60,638 nt of DNA from the IMG/VR virus record IMGVR_UViG_3300046508_000016, positions 1 to 60,638 of that record. One strand, 5' to 3'. Positions within the stretch are counted from its first letter, which is position 1. Each line of letters starts with the position of its first letter. Below are positions 43,519 to 53,438 of this stretch, one piece after another. Under the pieces are notes generated by a model. That model searched no databases, had not been told where the DNA came from, and saw nothing but the letters and a program-made list of their open reading frames with translations. Position numbers and translations under genes: made by a program. Origin of the DNA: a virus. Lineage: Duplodnaviria; Caudoviricetes.

Positions 43519-45990
43519 TCACAATCTGTCACTACTCGGACTCGTCAGTAGATTGCAGTACCGCGCTAGCACGCCGCCCACGTTCTTTTTGAACAGGATG
43601 TGAAGCGTGGCGGGGTCGAGCGTGCTCCACGTTTCGGACATTGGCAGGAATCCGCCCAGCCACCTCTCTACGCCATAGCGGTTTCTTTCGTGGCGATCCC
43701 ATCCGCGCCGATCCCGAATGTCTCCGCGGAACCAAAAGAACGTGCCCGAGTAGTGCCACTTGCACCGACCGCACTTTTGACCTAACAGCGTGCCGAAAGA
43801 AGCCTTCGTTTTCAGTACCTCAATGGCGGCCCTACTGTTTTGCATGACATGCGTGTACATCAATTCGGCCCACGCCTTACCGAGCGGTTGTCGTTGCAGC
43901 ATGGCGGCTTTCGAGTGACCGTAGCAGACTCGCTCATCCGCTTCGACTTCTGGCAGCAGCAGATTAAAAAACGGTGTCACCTCCCCATCGGCCGTGTTCG
44001 GGGTGCGAAAGAACTTTGTGTCGGCGGGGACAAACGGTCGCAATCGCTCTTCGATTTCTTCTGCCGGCGCGAATCCGTCGCCCGTAACGATGTTCATTCG
44101 CACTTTGCTAAACTGGTGCAAGTACCGCGGCAGTCGTTGTAAGTGAAAGTCGATCATTTCTTGACGCGGCAACCAAGGGGCGAAGTGATAGAGGAGGGTT
44201 GCCGGCGGATACTGATACGGCGGGAGCCCCTCCGGTTCGCCACGCTTGCGGAACACTGCCAACCCCAATCGCGTGCCGATGGTGGTGAGATATTCCAGGT
44301 TCGGTTCTGAGCCGCCCCGCAACTCGTCAAGCAACTGACCTACCTGCCCTGGCCCCGTGCAAGCCACCGCATCGTGGAACACAAGCAACCCACCGGGTGC
44401 GAGGTACGGCAGAACGGTCGTCACGTTCTTTCGCTCCGTCTCGTATCGGTGGTCGGTATCAACGATCATCAGGTCGTAGAGTTCGTTCTGTTCTGCCAAC
44501 CACGGGCCGGAGTGCTCAGCCATGCCGACGTACTCGCCCGCGACGTGCGGTAAGCGAAACGGTCGCCAGTGGGCTTGCGGGTGTTTGTTGTCGTCGATGA
44601 TTCGCACTGACCGACAAACCACCTCGTCATCTAGCAGTTTGGCGAATCCGCCGGCCGCGCTCCCAACCTCCAAAAGCCGAGGATGGCTCAGGTGTCGCTT
44701 GGCCAGCGTGATAAACTCGGCCGCCTCTTCCGGCGACTGCTGCAAGTAGTACGCTCCCTGGTACAATCCGCCGAACGTGCGAAGGTCATCCGAACCAGCC
44801 ATATAGATTCTCAGCACAAGGTCACTTTCGGCAGTGGTCACGGGTCGATTCTCCGGCAGTTCATATTGTGATGGCTCTGGAAACAGTTCGCCCAACACCA
44901 GCATAAACGCGGCGGTCATCGCGTTGTCGTTGTAGCCAAGGTGTCTTCGGCCGGCTAGCATTTTCCTCAAAGCGTCCGCATTCTTCACCGCCTTGTACAG
45001 CGTTGTCTTGTCGCCGTTAAGAGACGCGCGGAACACAGATGGACTCAGGTTTAGCGCGAGCGTATTGACGGTCAGCCCTTGTTTGGTGTCGTAGGGTGCA
45101 TCCTTCACGGCCGCGAGAAACTCAATCCGTGAATGCGGCTGAAAGGTGTGGGTGTCGAAGTTCTCGGGCGTCACGCCCTTGCTTGCTACATACCCGGCTG
45201 TCGCGTGAAGTCGTTTTTCCCACTTGTTTTTGTTCGGTGTTCTCGCCACGGCTGAGAATGTTGCCGGCATGGTCGCTAGGTCGGTGGGCGCCAACAAACA
45301 CTGGTCATCAGAAGCGAAGATGAAGCGTTCGCTGATACCGCTTTCGCAAGCCAGCCTGAGCTTGTTGATGATGTCGGCGTCTTTGCAGGCGTGGCCGCCG
45401 ACGTGCGGAATGTTGGTCACGCCCGTCAGCCAATGCGGCTTGTGGCCGACAACGAAGATTCTCCCGAGATTCTTCGCGTACTTTTGCAGAGAACGAAGTG
45501 AATAGCGAAGTTCGATGTCATCGTGGCGGCTCTCCGACGATAGGGTGTACACCACGTCAACGGGTTCGACTATCGAACCAGGCCACTTGTCGAGCGGGCA
45601 ATCTTCCGTCGCCATCCTGATTTTGTTGAACAGAGCGATGCCGAGATTTACGCGGCAGCCGCACTGTTTGCATCGACCGTTGACGTTCTCTTCGCACGGT
45701 TTGCAGTATTTGATGTAGATGTGTTCAACCAACTCTTGGCTGCGAACTGGTCGGCCGTCCTTGACCCATTTGACTAGTGCAACCGTGTAGTTTTTGGCGT
45801 CGTCCCACGTGATGCCCAGCGATTCCGCTCCGCTTTTTGCTAAACGTTCACGTCGCTCTTGCTCCATCCTGGAGTCGCAGACGCGATATAGTTGCGACAT
45901 CTTCCTACCGGGCGGGTGCTCCATCCATTCTCCGCAGACTCTACACACGGAAACGGTAGGGGATTCAGTTGGCTCGAAGTCACAGTGCAT
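43519..45990 (-). CDS. Multidomain Zn-finger + Stealth (sugar-phosphate transferase) + methyltransferase + glycosyltransferase-like protein
   Basis: CKPC...CKQCGC...K.RM..E.CP..KW; DVVYT...ELRYSLRSL...GRIFVVG.KP.WL (Stealth CR1/CR2); LEVGS..GG, DTDH.YE, FHD; YGHSK...HYSGTFFW. Confidence 0.82.
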   Translation of the reverse strand: MHCDFEPTESPTVSVCRVCGEWMEHPPGRKMSQLYRVCDSRMEQERRERLAKSGAESLGITWDDAKNYTVALVKWVKDGRPVRSQELVEHIYIKYCKPCEENVNGRCKQCGCRVNLGIALFNKIRMATEDCPLDKWPGSIVEPVDVVYTLSSESRHDDIELRYSLRSLQKYAKNLGRIFVVGHKPHWLTGVTNIPHVGGHACKDADIINKLRLACESGISERFIFASDDQCLLAPTDLATMPATFSAVARTPNKNKWEKRLHATAGYVASKGVTPENFDTHTFQPHSRIEFLAAVKDAPYDTKQGLTVNTLALNLSPSVFRASLNGDKTTLYKAVKNADALRKMLAGRRHLGYNDNAMTAAFMLVLGELFPEPSQYELPENRPVTTAESDLVLRIYMAGSDDLRTFGGLYQGAYYLQQSPEEAAEFITLAKRHLSHPRLLEVGSAAGGFAKLLDDEVVCRSVRIIDDNKHPQAHWRPFRLPHVAGEYVGMAEHSGPWLAEQNELYDLMIVDTDHRYETERKNVTTVLPYLAPGGLLVFHDAVACTGPGQVGQLLDELRGGSEPNLEYLTTIGTRLGLAVFRKRGEPEGLPPYQYPPATLLYHFAPWLPRQEMIDFHLQRLPRYLHQFSKVRMNIVTGDGFAPAEEIEERLRPFVPADTKFFRTPNTADGEVTPFFNLLLPEVEADERVCYGHSKAAMLQRQPLGKAWAELMYTHVMQNSRAAIEVLKTKASFGTLLGQKCGRCKWHYSGTFFWFRGDIRDRRGWDRHERNRYGVERWLGGFLPMSETWSTLDPATLHILFKKNVGGVLARYCNLLTSPSSDRL

Positions 45991-45995
45991 CGCTG

Positions 45996-46562
45996 TCACC
46001 CGCTCGTTACCCGAAAATCGAAACCATCCGGCCATACATTGAACCCGCTGTAGCCACCACATGTAAGGCAATAGGTGTTGCTGGCATGTTCAAATGGAAG
46101 CAGTAAGTGATTGAACGTGCTACAGTCCGGTGGGTCAAAACCAAGATCAACGTGAAAGGATAGAACGTTTTTGAATGTCCACCATCGTTGATACAACGGG
46201 TCCCATGCCGGTCCTTTTCCGCTAAAGCTTCCCAGAAGCCGCCAATGAAACACGCGGGGGGATTCTGAAAACAGAAACTGGCCTAACCCTACAGTAAGCA
46301 CTACGTCGTCTGGTGTATTACCGTTGCACCAGTCCTTTCCTTGAAATGTCCAACAACAGTGAATTGGGGTGTAAAAAATGAAGCGTGCCAGGCTATAGGT
46401 TCCGTCGTACGATCCCGATCCGTCAATATCGACAGTCATGTGCGCGGGGGCGGTGCCTGCCTCGCATCCAATGCAGTCGGAACCGATTTCGAGGCTGCCG
46501 CTGAGACTCGCCTCCGACTGGCTAACCGACGAAGCGCTTTTAGCAGAGCCTAAATCAGGCAT
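45996..46562 (-). CDS. Cys/Trp-rich tail-tip-associated protein
   Basis: Coupled to the upstream tail gene; C.GC..GTAP....V...G.Y.L...CCW. Confidence 0.6.
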   Translation of the reverse strand: MPDLGSAKSASSVSQSEASLSGSLEIGSDCIGCEAGTAPAHMTVDIDGSGSYDGTYSLARFIFYTPIHCCWTFQGKDWCNGNTPDDVVLTVGLGQFLFSESPRVFHWRLLGSFSGKGPAWDPLYQRWWTFKNVLSFHVDLGFDPPDCSTFNHLLLPFEHASNTYCLTCGGYSGFNVWPDGFDFRVTSG

Positions 46563-47592
46563 GGGGTTTCGCCATCTTCAAGTATGCTTCGTTGGCGTCG
46601 AACTCTTCCTTTGTTCGATCCGGGAACCGGACGGCAGCAAATCCCTTGCGGGTGCCAATCAAGCGAATGGCCAGCGTCACTACTCTGTCGGATCGCTGTT
46701 CGGCGAACTCAAGGCAAATCTCTCCGCTCTCGACACAGGCACCAACCACCACCGGCTGCTTTGGCTGGACGAATACCTCAATGCCGCCCGGTTCGCAAAC
46801 TTCCAGCCACTTCGGGTCAATCGCCACGCGACAATTGGTCTGCGTCAGCGTGATGGAAGCAACGTCACCAAAGCGTGGCGTCGGATCTTCAAATACCGAT
46901 AGGGCGGTGAAGCCAGTAGGCGACCAACTCGCCGGTACGATAGCCGTTGATTTCGACTCTCCGCTTTCTTCGCTTCCGCTTCCGCCGCTACCGCTCTCTT
47001 CACTACCGCTTTCTTCGCTTCCGCTTCCGCCGCTACCGCTCTCTTCACTACCGCTTTCTTCGCTTCCGCTTCCGCCGCTACCGCTCTCTTCACTACCGCT
47101 TTGGGATGATTCGCTCCGAGACTCCGACGATTCAGACTGGGATGATTCGCTGGATTCACTCTGCGACGATTCACTACTCTCGCTCTCGGACGATTCGCTT
47201 CCGCACTCGGGGTCGCCGAACACCAGCGGCTCGTACTGTCCAGAATCGGGCCACAATCGAGCAACGCCCCACATGCCAGAGCGAACGTAGCCGCCGCGGC
47301 CGAGAGCCGAACCGGACACCGCGCCGATGCGATCGCCAACGGTGATTGATTCCCCATCGGTGAATCCAACGCAAGCGCATTCGCCGTCAGATTCATCTTC
47401 GCCGGTATCGTCCAAAACCGTTGCTGAGGCACTGGAGCAATTGTAGAGGTCTTCTTCCAGGCGAAACCGAACGAAAGTTTCACTCTCACTCCACGGCCTC
47501 GCCGCCAGAATGTTCACCGCGTTGACGAGAGCAGCGTGATCGGTGGCAAGAATCTGGTCGCCCTTGACTACCTTGCGTAGGTCGGCAAACAT
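46555..47592 (-). CDS. Tail fibre/tip protein with Ser/Glu/Gly repeat linker
   Basis: GD.I.A.DH..LV.AV N-terminus; about 80-aa SES/SGS tract; C-terminal E.P...F.D...IDP...G.RKGF domain. Confidence 0.7.
   Translation of the reverse strand: MFADLRKVVKGDQILATDHAALVNAVNILAARPWSESETFVRFRLEEDLYNCSSASATVLDDTGEDESDGECACVGFTDGESITVGDRIGAVSGSALGRGGYVRSGMWGVARLWPDSGQYEPLVFGDPECGSESSESESSESSQSESSESSQSESSESRSESSQSGSEESGSGGSGSEESGSEESGSGGSGSEESGSEESGSGGSGSEESGESKSTAIVPASWSPTGFTALSVFEDPTPRFGDVASITLTQTNCRVAIDPKWLEVCEPGGIEVFVQPKQPVVVGACVESGEICLEFAEQRSDRVVTLAIRLIGTRKGFAAVRFPDRTKEEFDANEAYLKMAKPHA
46961..47102. repeat. 45-bp tandem repeat, three copies (SEESGSGGSGSEESG)
   Basis: Identical units starting at 46961, 47006 and 47051. 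Confidence 0.95.
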
Positions 47593-47603
47593 CGGTTACT
47601 CCA

Positions 47604-48347
47604 TCACCAAGTAGCTGGATAGCAAACGTATGGCGTGTTGCCGGCGGCAGTCGTGTACATAGTTTCATAAGCGTTAGTGTCCTGCCGCCAGAACTTATTC
47701 CAAGTGCCAGGATGGTAGATGTGTTCAAACTGGTACGAGTACCGCGTTCCGCCTGAGTCGGTGTGCGAACTCACCGAAGGCGGATTATACAGCAACGTTT
47801 GTGCAGCGAACGAGTAGCCGAGAGTAAGGGTTGACTTCGTATTCTGGTTGCACATGCCGATGTACGCACCGGCATTACTTGGAACGGTCAGCGCCTTTGA
47901 AACACTAGTAACGTGTTTCCAGCCCGCCACGGTTTTGCAGTAGTTCTCAGTGTTCTTTTTTCCATCCGCCCACCATAACTTTGGCGTCCACACCTCAAAC
48001 TGATGCGGTTGCATCCACTCTTCCATAGACACGCCGTTGACCCACTGTGGCCCGGCGGTGTCGTATGACACCGTAAGCGTGGCGTGCGAATAGGACATCA
48101 AATTACCGCTGCCGATGCCTTTAGCGAAGCCTTCCGACTGAATGCCGCGGACCAGCGATAGAGCCGTGCCGTCAGCGTGTGGGTAGGTGCATCCAGCCTC
48201 GGTGCCAAGCCACGCAATCAACGCGGCCCGGTCGCCCCAGGTGCATCGTAGTATTCGCTTCGCCCGAAAGTTGACGATACCCTTGGCGTTGGTGTACCAC
48301 TCGCCTCGCGGGGACGGCATATCTTCGGTATATGCAGGTGCAGGCAT
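47604..48347 (-). CDS. Putative distal tail / baseplate hub protein
   Basis: Position in the tail operon; G..N...F...TLL...WNKFW motif. Confidence 0.55.
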   Translation of the reverse strand: MPAPAYTEDMPSPRGEWYTNAKGIVNFRAKRILRCTWGDRAALIAWLGTEAGCTYPHADGTALSLVRGIQSEGFAKGIGSGNLMSYSHATLTVSYDTAGPQWVNGVSMEEWMQPHQFEVWTPKLWWADGKKNTENYCKTVAGWKHVTSVSKALTVPSNAGAYIGMCNQNTKSTLTLGYSFAAQTLLYNPPSVSSHTDSGGTRYSYQFEHIYHPGTWNKFWRQDTNAYETMYTTAAGNTPYVCYPATW

Positions 48348-48351
48348 GGGA

Positions 48352-49293
48352 TTATTGGTAAGTGGAGCCGGGGTCGCGTGCTTGTAGGTCCGTCACGATC
48401 CTAAGAATCTCGTCTAGTTTGCGAGCCATCTCCGCGTTGGAAGATTGCCCCCCCGCCTCGAAAGGATTAGCCATTCCGGCACGCCCAATGTTTCCGACGC
48501 CCGGAAGCTGGATGCCCTCTGTTTGCTGGTCGGCGGCATCGCTTGTGCCAATGTCAGGATGTGATGCGGCGTAGGCTTCGGCTAAGTTCTTCGGAATCGG
48601 CAGCCCGATACGTTGTCTGCGTTCTACCGCTCTCGCCGTGGATTGTGCCAGCAGATTTTGCTTTCGATCCGCATTCTTCTCTTGCTTGTCTCGCCGGTTC
48701 ATCTCGTCAGCGACTCGCGTAATCGACTCTGCGGCGCTAACGGGTTTTTTTAGGCTGGCCATTTCTGGCGGTGGGATCGACTCGGGCTGGGTCGCTACTA
48801 CTGGATCAATCCGACCGGCTGGCTGTGCGGGCGCATCTTTCGGTAGGTCTGGGCTGGTCGAGATCAACGCCTCTGAGCTTGGTAGCTCCAGAGTCGGCGT
48901 CAAATTACCTTTTGTTTCCGGTAACGCCAGAGAGGAAGCGTCTGCCATCGCCGAGACAGGGGCGTTCTTCGCGGCTTCGACCTCCTCAAAGCTCTTCCAC
49001 GTCTGCGTTGGATGGGTGGTGGACGAGAGAAACTCGGGCGGCGGTCCCGGTTCCTGCGATACTAGCGGCGGTATTGGCGGCCCAGGAACCTTTGGTGCAA
49101 CTGGCGCATCTGCCGGTGAAACATCAGACACGTCGGGCGGCGGGACCGGTTCCTGCGATACTAGCGGCGGTATTGGCGGCCCAGGAACCTTTGGTGCAAC
49201 TGGCGCATCTGCCGGTGAAACATCAGACACGTCGGGCGGCGGGACCGTCCGTTGTTCTTTGTCCTTTTCGTCTTTGCGTTTCTCGTCGGGCAT
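48352..49293 (-). CDS. Pro-rich tail-module protein (possible very short tape measure)
   Basis: Follows the tail tube; Pro-rich N-half, helical C-end (EMARKLDEILRIV). Confidence 0.6.
   Translation of the reverse strand: MPDEKRKDEKDKEQRTVPPPDVSDVSPADAPVAPKVPGPPIPPLVSQEPVPPPDVSDVSPADAPVAPKVPGPPIPPLVSQEPGPPPEFLSSTTHPTQTWKSFEEVEAAKNAPVSAMADASSLALPETKGNLTPTLELPSSEALISTSPDLPKDAPAQPAGRIDPVVATQPESIPPPEMASLKKPVSAAESITRVADEMNRRDKQEKNADRKQNLLAQSTARAVERRQRIGLPIPKNLAEAYAASHPDIGTSDAADQQTEGIQLPGVGNIGRAGMANPFEAGGQSSNAEMARKLDEILRIVTDLQARDPGSTYQ
49047..49247. repeat. 99-bp perfect tandem duplication (33 aa)
   Basis: Units start at 49047 and 49146. Confidence 0.95.
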
Positions 49294-49295
49294 GA

Positions 49296-50117
49296 TTACG
49301 GCCAGAGGGTTCCACCGAGTGGAGTTGTGATAAATCCCTTCACGCCGCCGTTGTAGCCGGTGAATGCAAACTGCAGGTCGGCTCCAACAACCTTTGGCTT
49401 GCCGTCGTTGCCCTCAATGTCCACAACCGGCTTGATGTTCATTAGCTTCATCCAATGCACCGTCCAGGGCGTGACGGCAGTTCCCTTGCCGATTGCCAAG
49501 ATGCCGATGGTGTTTGTGACCGGCAAACTCGCAAATGCCTCCACGTTGACGCGAACAACCGCCACGGCGTCGTAATTGCCCTTCTTCCGATTGCGAATCC
49601 CGGCGCTGCTGCTGTCGATGGAATCGGCGTTCTTGCACTGGGCGGCAAACACCATATCGGTGACGTGCGTAATGTCAACGCCGCCGAAGGTGGCGTACAG
49701 TTGCTTGGCGGAAAGCGGATTGGGAATGTTCACGTCAGTAGCTGTACTCGCACCAAATGTCAACGCGCCCTCCGCGCACTCGCCATCGACCCGGTGATGC
49801 ACGAACGCCCCGGTAGACACCGGCCAATCGACGCGAATCTGTTTCACGATCGCTCCGTTGGCAATGCTGGTTGCACCGCCGCCGGTTTCCGTTGCACCCG
49901 TAAAGGTGAAGAGAGCACCCGGTAGTTTTGCGGGAGTCGATCCATAGGCTTCCCAGTACACGGACCAATCTTCGTTCCCTACGGCGCGGACAGGTGCGCC
50001 GTCCGATGCGGAGCAAATAGCGAACACATCTTCGGCTTGGGCTGCGCAGCCCCATTCGGTGGCGCACGATACTCCGTCAATCGCTGCTTTTTTCCCAGTA
50101 AGTATAGTTACGGCCAT
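49296..50117 (-). CDS. Putative major tail (tube) protein
   Basis: MA...GK.A.I, two similar halves (S.S.G...R..G..DW/Y), ends WP; position in the module. Confidence 0.6.
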   Translation of the reverse strand: MAVTILTGKKAAIDGVSCATEWGCAAQAEDVFAICSASDGAPVRAVGNEDWSVYWEAYGSTPAKLPGALFTFTGATETGGGATSIANGAIVKQIRVDWPVSTGAFVHHRVDGECAEGALTFGASTATDVNIPNPLSAKQLYATFGGVDITHVTDMVFAAQCKNADSIDSSSAGIRNRKKGNYDAVAVVRVNVEAFASLPVTNTIGILAIGKGTAVTPWTVHWMKLMNIKPVVDIEGNDGKPKVVGADLQFAFTGYNGGVKGFITTPLGGTLWP

Positions 50118-50128
50118 AGTTGTTCCTT

Positions 50129-50743
50129 TCAGGCTTTTGCACCGCTAAGGGTGAAGTGATTTACAGCGGTAGCGCTGCCGTTGCTGACGGTGATCTTTGT
50201 GATTGAAAAGCCAGCCAGTGGGTTGGCAATTGAACTGCCAGTCGCCCAACTCCACTCGCCGTTGGCAACGATTTCTGCGGCAAGTTTTACCGTAGTGGAG
50301 TCCCAAAAACAGAGGATCGCCCGTTGGCCGGCGGAAGCAGCGATGCCTTGCAGTTCGTTGCCGACGAATGATTCCGTGAATGGAGTCTGCTTGCAGACAA
50401 CAACCGGCACGGCAGTGCCAACTGGCAAGTCATCGGTGTCTTCCACCTCTTGCCCGCCGTCCACCTGAAAGCTGTTGGCTACGGTGCCGTTGGTCGTAGC
50501 AGTCATGCCGTGTCGTTGCCAGCCATCCCCATAGACATCCACAACATCGGCGGTGGTAATGGTGTGTCCATCTTCCAACGTGATGATGCCGGTATCGGCG
50601 TCGGAACGGGTCAACGTACCCGCGTTTCCCACGGCGAGAATAGAATCCACTGGCTCTAGTCCAGTGGAGTATGTGATGGTTGTGGTGCCAGTGTTCGTAA
50701 CGGCGTTATAAATTGACGTTACTTGGCGTGTACCCGTGAACAT
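50129..50743 (-). CDS. Structural protein
   Basis: Thr/Gly-rich beta-type sequence, NPLAG..IT.I.VSNG; AAGGAG SD. Confidence 0.6.
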   Translation of the reverse strand: MFTGTRQVTSIYNAVTNTGTTTITYSTGLEPVDSILAVGNAGTLTRSDADTGIITLEDGHTITTADVVDVYGDGWQRHGMTATTNGTVANSFQVDGGQEVEDTDDLPVGTAVPVVVCKQTPFTESFVGNELQGIAASAGQRAILCFWDSTTVKLAAEIVANGEWSWATGSSIANPLAGFSITKITVSNGSATAVNHFTLSGAKA

Positions 50744-50755
50744 AGCGAACTCCTT

Positions 50756-51271
50756 CTATAGGCTTTCCAGATCGGTTGTTTGAAAGTAGAGTTTGGCGAC
50801 GGTGGACCAGACGACGATCCACTGGTTTGTCCCGCGGTTGCGTTCTTTGTCTTTGTCGGTGAAGCCATTGTCAACAGCATTAAAATCGGCAACGCACTCA
50901 GCATCGTTCCACTTTACCAACTCACGAACGTAAGCCCGCCATGTCGTCATGGCACGGTAGCAGGCCCATGTTGCTGCGCGAGCGAGTGTTTGATGCTGCG
51001 ATCCCGTGCAGATTTCAATGGCAAGAGTCACGTCCATAAATGACGTGGCGCTATCGCCTTCCTTCGCTGGCTGCGCACTCTGCATGGTAACGCGACAACG
51101 CGGGTAATCGGCGGGTTGCAATTCGTCTAAGTCGGGGTCAGGTGCATAAGTTGCCGCGGTGTCGTACCGTACTTGGCGCGAACTACCAGAAGGAAATAAA
51201 GCCGTGAAGTCGTCTTTCGACTCCAAGGTATTCCAAATCGAAGCATACAGGTCGTCTAGCGGATTGCTCAC
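50756..51271 (-). CDS. Putative tail terminator / completion protein
   Basis: Size, position after the adaptor, MSNP..LY.SIW..L. Confidence 0.55.
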   Translation of the reverse strand: MSNPLDDLYASIWNTLESKDDFTALFPSGSSRQVRYDTAATYAPDPDLDELQPADYPRCRVTMQSAQPAKEGDSATSFMDVTLAIEICTGSQHQTLARAATWACYRAMTTWRAYVRELVKWNDAECVADFNAVDNGFTDKDKERNRGTNQWIVVWSTVAKLYFQTTDLESL

Positions 51272-51642
51272 TACACCACCCCCGCCGGTTTGAGTTTGCC
51301 GGAGGCGATTAGGTTCAGCGTTTCCAGAGCCTCATTGCGTGCCCCCGTCAAACGCGAAATCGGCTTTCCGTTATCGTCCAGTTCCCGTGTGCCGCGTGAC
51401 CGACTCAACCAGTAGCCCGTCAGAACCGCGGCAACGTCCGTGAGCGTTGTCGATGTAAGCGGAAGCTGGAAGCTCACGTCGGAGGTGCGCAGGGTATCGT
51501 CAATTCGAGCGTCTGCCACTGCGATAGCGCGGTCAATGCGAGCCTCGATCTTTGTTTCATCCGCATCGTTGTCCAAGTCAGCCCATGCGAGCACGTTGCC
51601 AATGCCGAAAGCGTCTTCTATGTCAGAACGTGTGCAGTACAT
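51271..51642 (-). CDS. Head-tail adaptor (Mu gp36 / DUF1320-like)
   Basis: MYCT.SDI...FG...AI..A...ID..L...LPL...AL..L..IA.GK. Confidence 0.85.
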   Translation of the reverse strand: MYCTRSDIEDAFGIGNVLAWADLDNDADETKIEARIDRAIAVADARIDDTLRTSDVSFQLPLTSTTLTDVAAVLTGYWLSRSRGTRELDDNGKPISRLTGARNEALETLNLIASGKLKPAGVV

Positions 51643-51665
51643 GCTTCCTCTCTTTCTATATGATC

Positions 51666-52850
51666 TTACGTCTGCGGGATGTTTGGGTAGTCGATTAGTC
51701 TCGTTCGCACACGGGATTGCGGAACGGCAACCTCGCGGTGTCGCGTTGTCGCGTCGGCGATCTTCGCTTCCACCAACGCAACGTCGTACACCCGCTTGAT
51801 GGCTTCGTAGTCTTTCATGCCGCAAGCATGGGCCAGTTGCTTTTCGCAGTTGCGGAGGAAGGCGTCAAAGATACAAGTGTCGATGTCCACCGGATCAGAA
51901 ACGGTATACCCTACGCTGGTTAGTGATACCGCCGAAGCGGTTCGGAGTGTCAGCGTCTTAGCGGAGACGTTGACCGACGCAATCTGCTGCTGAAAGGCGT
52001 AGGGGTTTGGACCATTCGTGCCGGTAGGCTTTGCACTCGTGTCGGACAGGCGAATGATCGCCCCCTCCATTAGCGCCTTGAACAGCACGCCGGAACTGCC
52101 GGTTACGGTTTTCGACCCAGCGACCACAGAAACCGTGCCGGCGTAGTTCCACGGGTCTTGGCCGGAAATCGAGAGTTGCCGAGGTCGGCATTTCATCACG
52201 AAATCCAGATCGCTTATCGAGGCCGACCACGGCTCGACGAAAAGGGCCAATGTTCCGTACTGGTCGGGAGCCGGTCCAATCGTCCAGTAATTGACTGGGC
52301 CGTTCATCACACGATAGCGTTCTAGCAGGTGCCACTCCTCAAACGGCACGTACTTGCCCGTCCACCAGGCGTTTCGTTCGGCCGGAGCCCACGATGCAAT
52401 GAACTCTGCTGGCAATTCATACCAGGATCGCCCCATCGTGTAGGTGGTAGCAGTCGTAATATCCTCAGTCGGCACACGCGGGGGGAGAAGCGTGAACTCG
52501 GTAGCAGAAACGATCTCATCAATGTCGCATATTGTGGAGTAGGTGCCGACGCGAATCTGCGCGCCCTCCGCCCAATCTGGAACGGTGGCACCAACGAGAG
52601 TTACAAGGTAGATGGGCGTTGTGCCCGACAATTTCGCGTAGGTCAGCGTGCCTGTCGTCTGTACGGCCTGAAGCGGTACACGCCATACCTTACGCAGACA
52701 GTTCCAATCCTTGGCGGCGATGATCTCTCGCATCCCGGACTCAATGCAGTAGCGGACCACCTCTTGGGCATTGCCAGCGCCGTGGCTAGAGGAAAACGCC
52801 CGCACCACCGAAAGAACATCGTCATACGTGACAACATATTGAAGGCTCAT
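51666..52850 (-). CDS. Neck / tail tubular adaptor-like structural protein
   Basis: W..L, Y.LP.EF, L...PW motifs with beta-rich insertions. Confidence 0.6.
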   Translation of the reverse strand: MSLQYVVTYDDVLSVVRAFSSSHGAGNAQEVVRYCIESGMREIIAAKDWNCLRKVWRVPLQAVQTTGTLTYAKLSGTTPIYLVTLVGATVPDWAEGAQIRVGTYSTICDIDEIVSATEFTLLPPRVPTEDITTATTYTMGRSWYELPAEFIASWAPAERNAWWTGKYVPFEEWHLLERYRVMNGPVNYWTIGPAPDQYGTLALFVEPWSASISDLDFVMKCRPRQLSISGQDPWNYAGTVSVVAGSKTVTGSSGVLFKALMEGAIIRLSDTSAKPTGTNGPNPYAFQQQIASVNVSAKTLTLRTASAVSLTSVGYTVSDPVDIDTCIFDAFLRNCEKQLAHACGMKDYEAIKRVYDVALVEAKIADATTRHREVAVPQSRVRTRLIDYPNIPQT

Positions 52851-53437
52851 AGCGGCAACTTCACCTTTCCTTTAGGGGCGGGTGATCCACTGTGCTTATC
52901 AACGTACTTGTGGTACAACTCCTCGCGCTTCGCCTTAGTCATTTTGCCGCCGTGGCACTGGGCCACTTCGCGGTCAACGTCCTCCTTGACAACGTGACGG
53001 GCAACGCGGTAGGGCTTTTCTTGTGCTGCTAGGTCCGACTCAAAGATAGGAGAAGTGACGTTGACTGCCCCTTCGACGCAACGGCCAAGTTGGCGTGCCT
53101 TGCGTTTCACGTCGGCACCGTCCCTGTACCACGCCTGCGGATCAAAGCGAACTCCCCTGCGACACAAGCCAGGATGGAACTTCATGCCGGAAACGCTGAT
53201 ACCCGCGGCTTGCGCCTTAGCGAGTGCCATCTGGCGACTGGCGTTATCTGGACCGAAGCCGTCATCCGTTCCCTGGAGCAATAAAGTGTCTGTCCCCTGA
53301 ATGTGCGGACAGCCGAATACTCGCGTTGCCACACCGCCGCACTTTGGACAAGGTTGGTCGCGCGGCGCATCTCTGTCCTCGAAAACTTCCCATTGATGGC
53401 AACAGTGGCCGCACTTGTAGTCGTGGTAACGGTACAT
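52847..53437 (-). CDS. FmdB-family Zn-ribbon protein
   Basis: Y.DYKC..C...WE...CPKCG...RVF. Confidence 0.8.
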   Translation of the reverse strand: MYRYHDYKCGHCCHQWEVFEDRDAPRDQPCPKCGGVATRVFGCPHIQGTDTLLLQGTDDGFGPDNASRQMALAKAQAAGISVSGMKFHPGLCRRGVRFDPQAWYRDGADVKRKARQLGRCVEGAVNVTSPIFESDLAAQEKPYRVARHVVKEDVDREVAQCHGGKMTKAKREELYHKYVDKHSGSPAPKGKVKLPL

Positions 53438-53438
53438 C

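Noticed and set aside
48738-48755. A-AAA-AAA slippery heptamer in the gene after the tail tube (possible tail-chaperone -1 frameshift)
   Set aside because: The -1 frame reaches TAG after two codons, so there is no extended G-T type product
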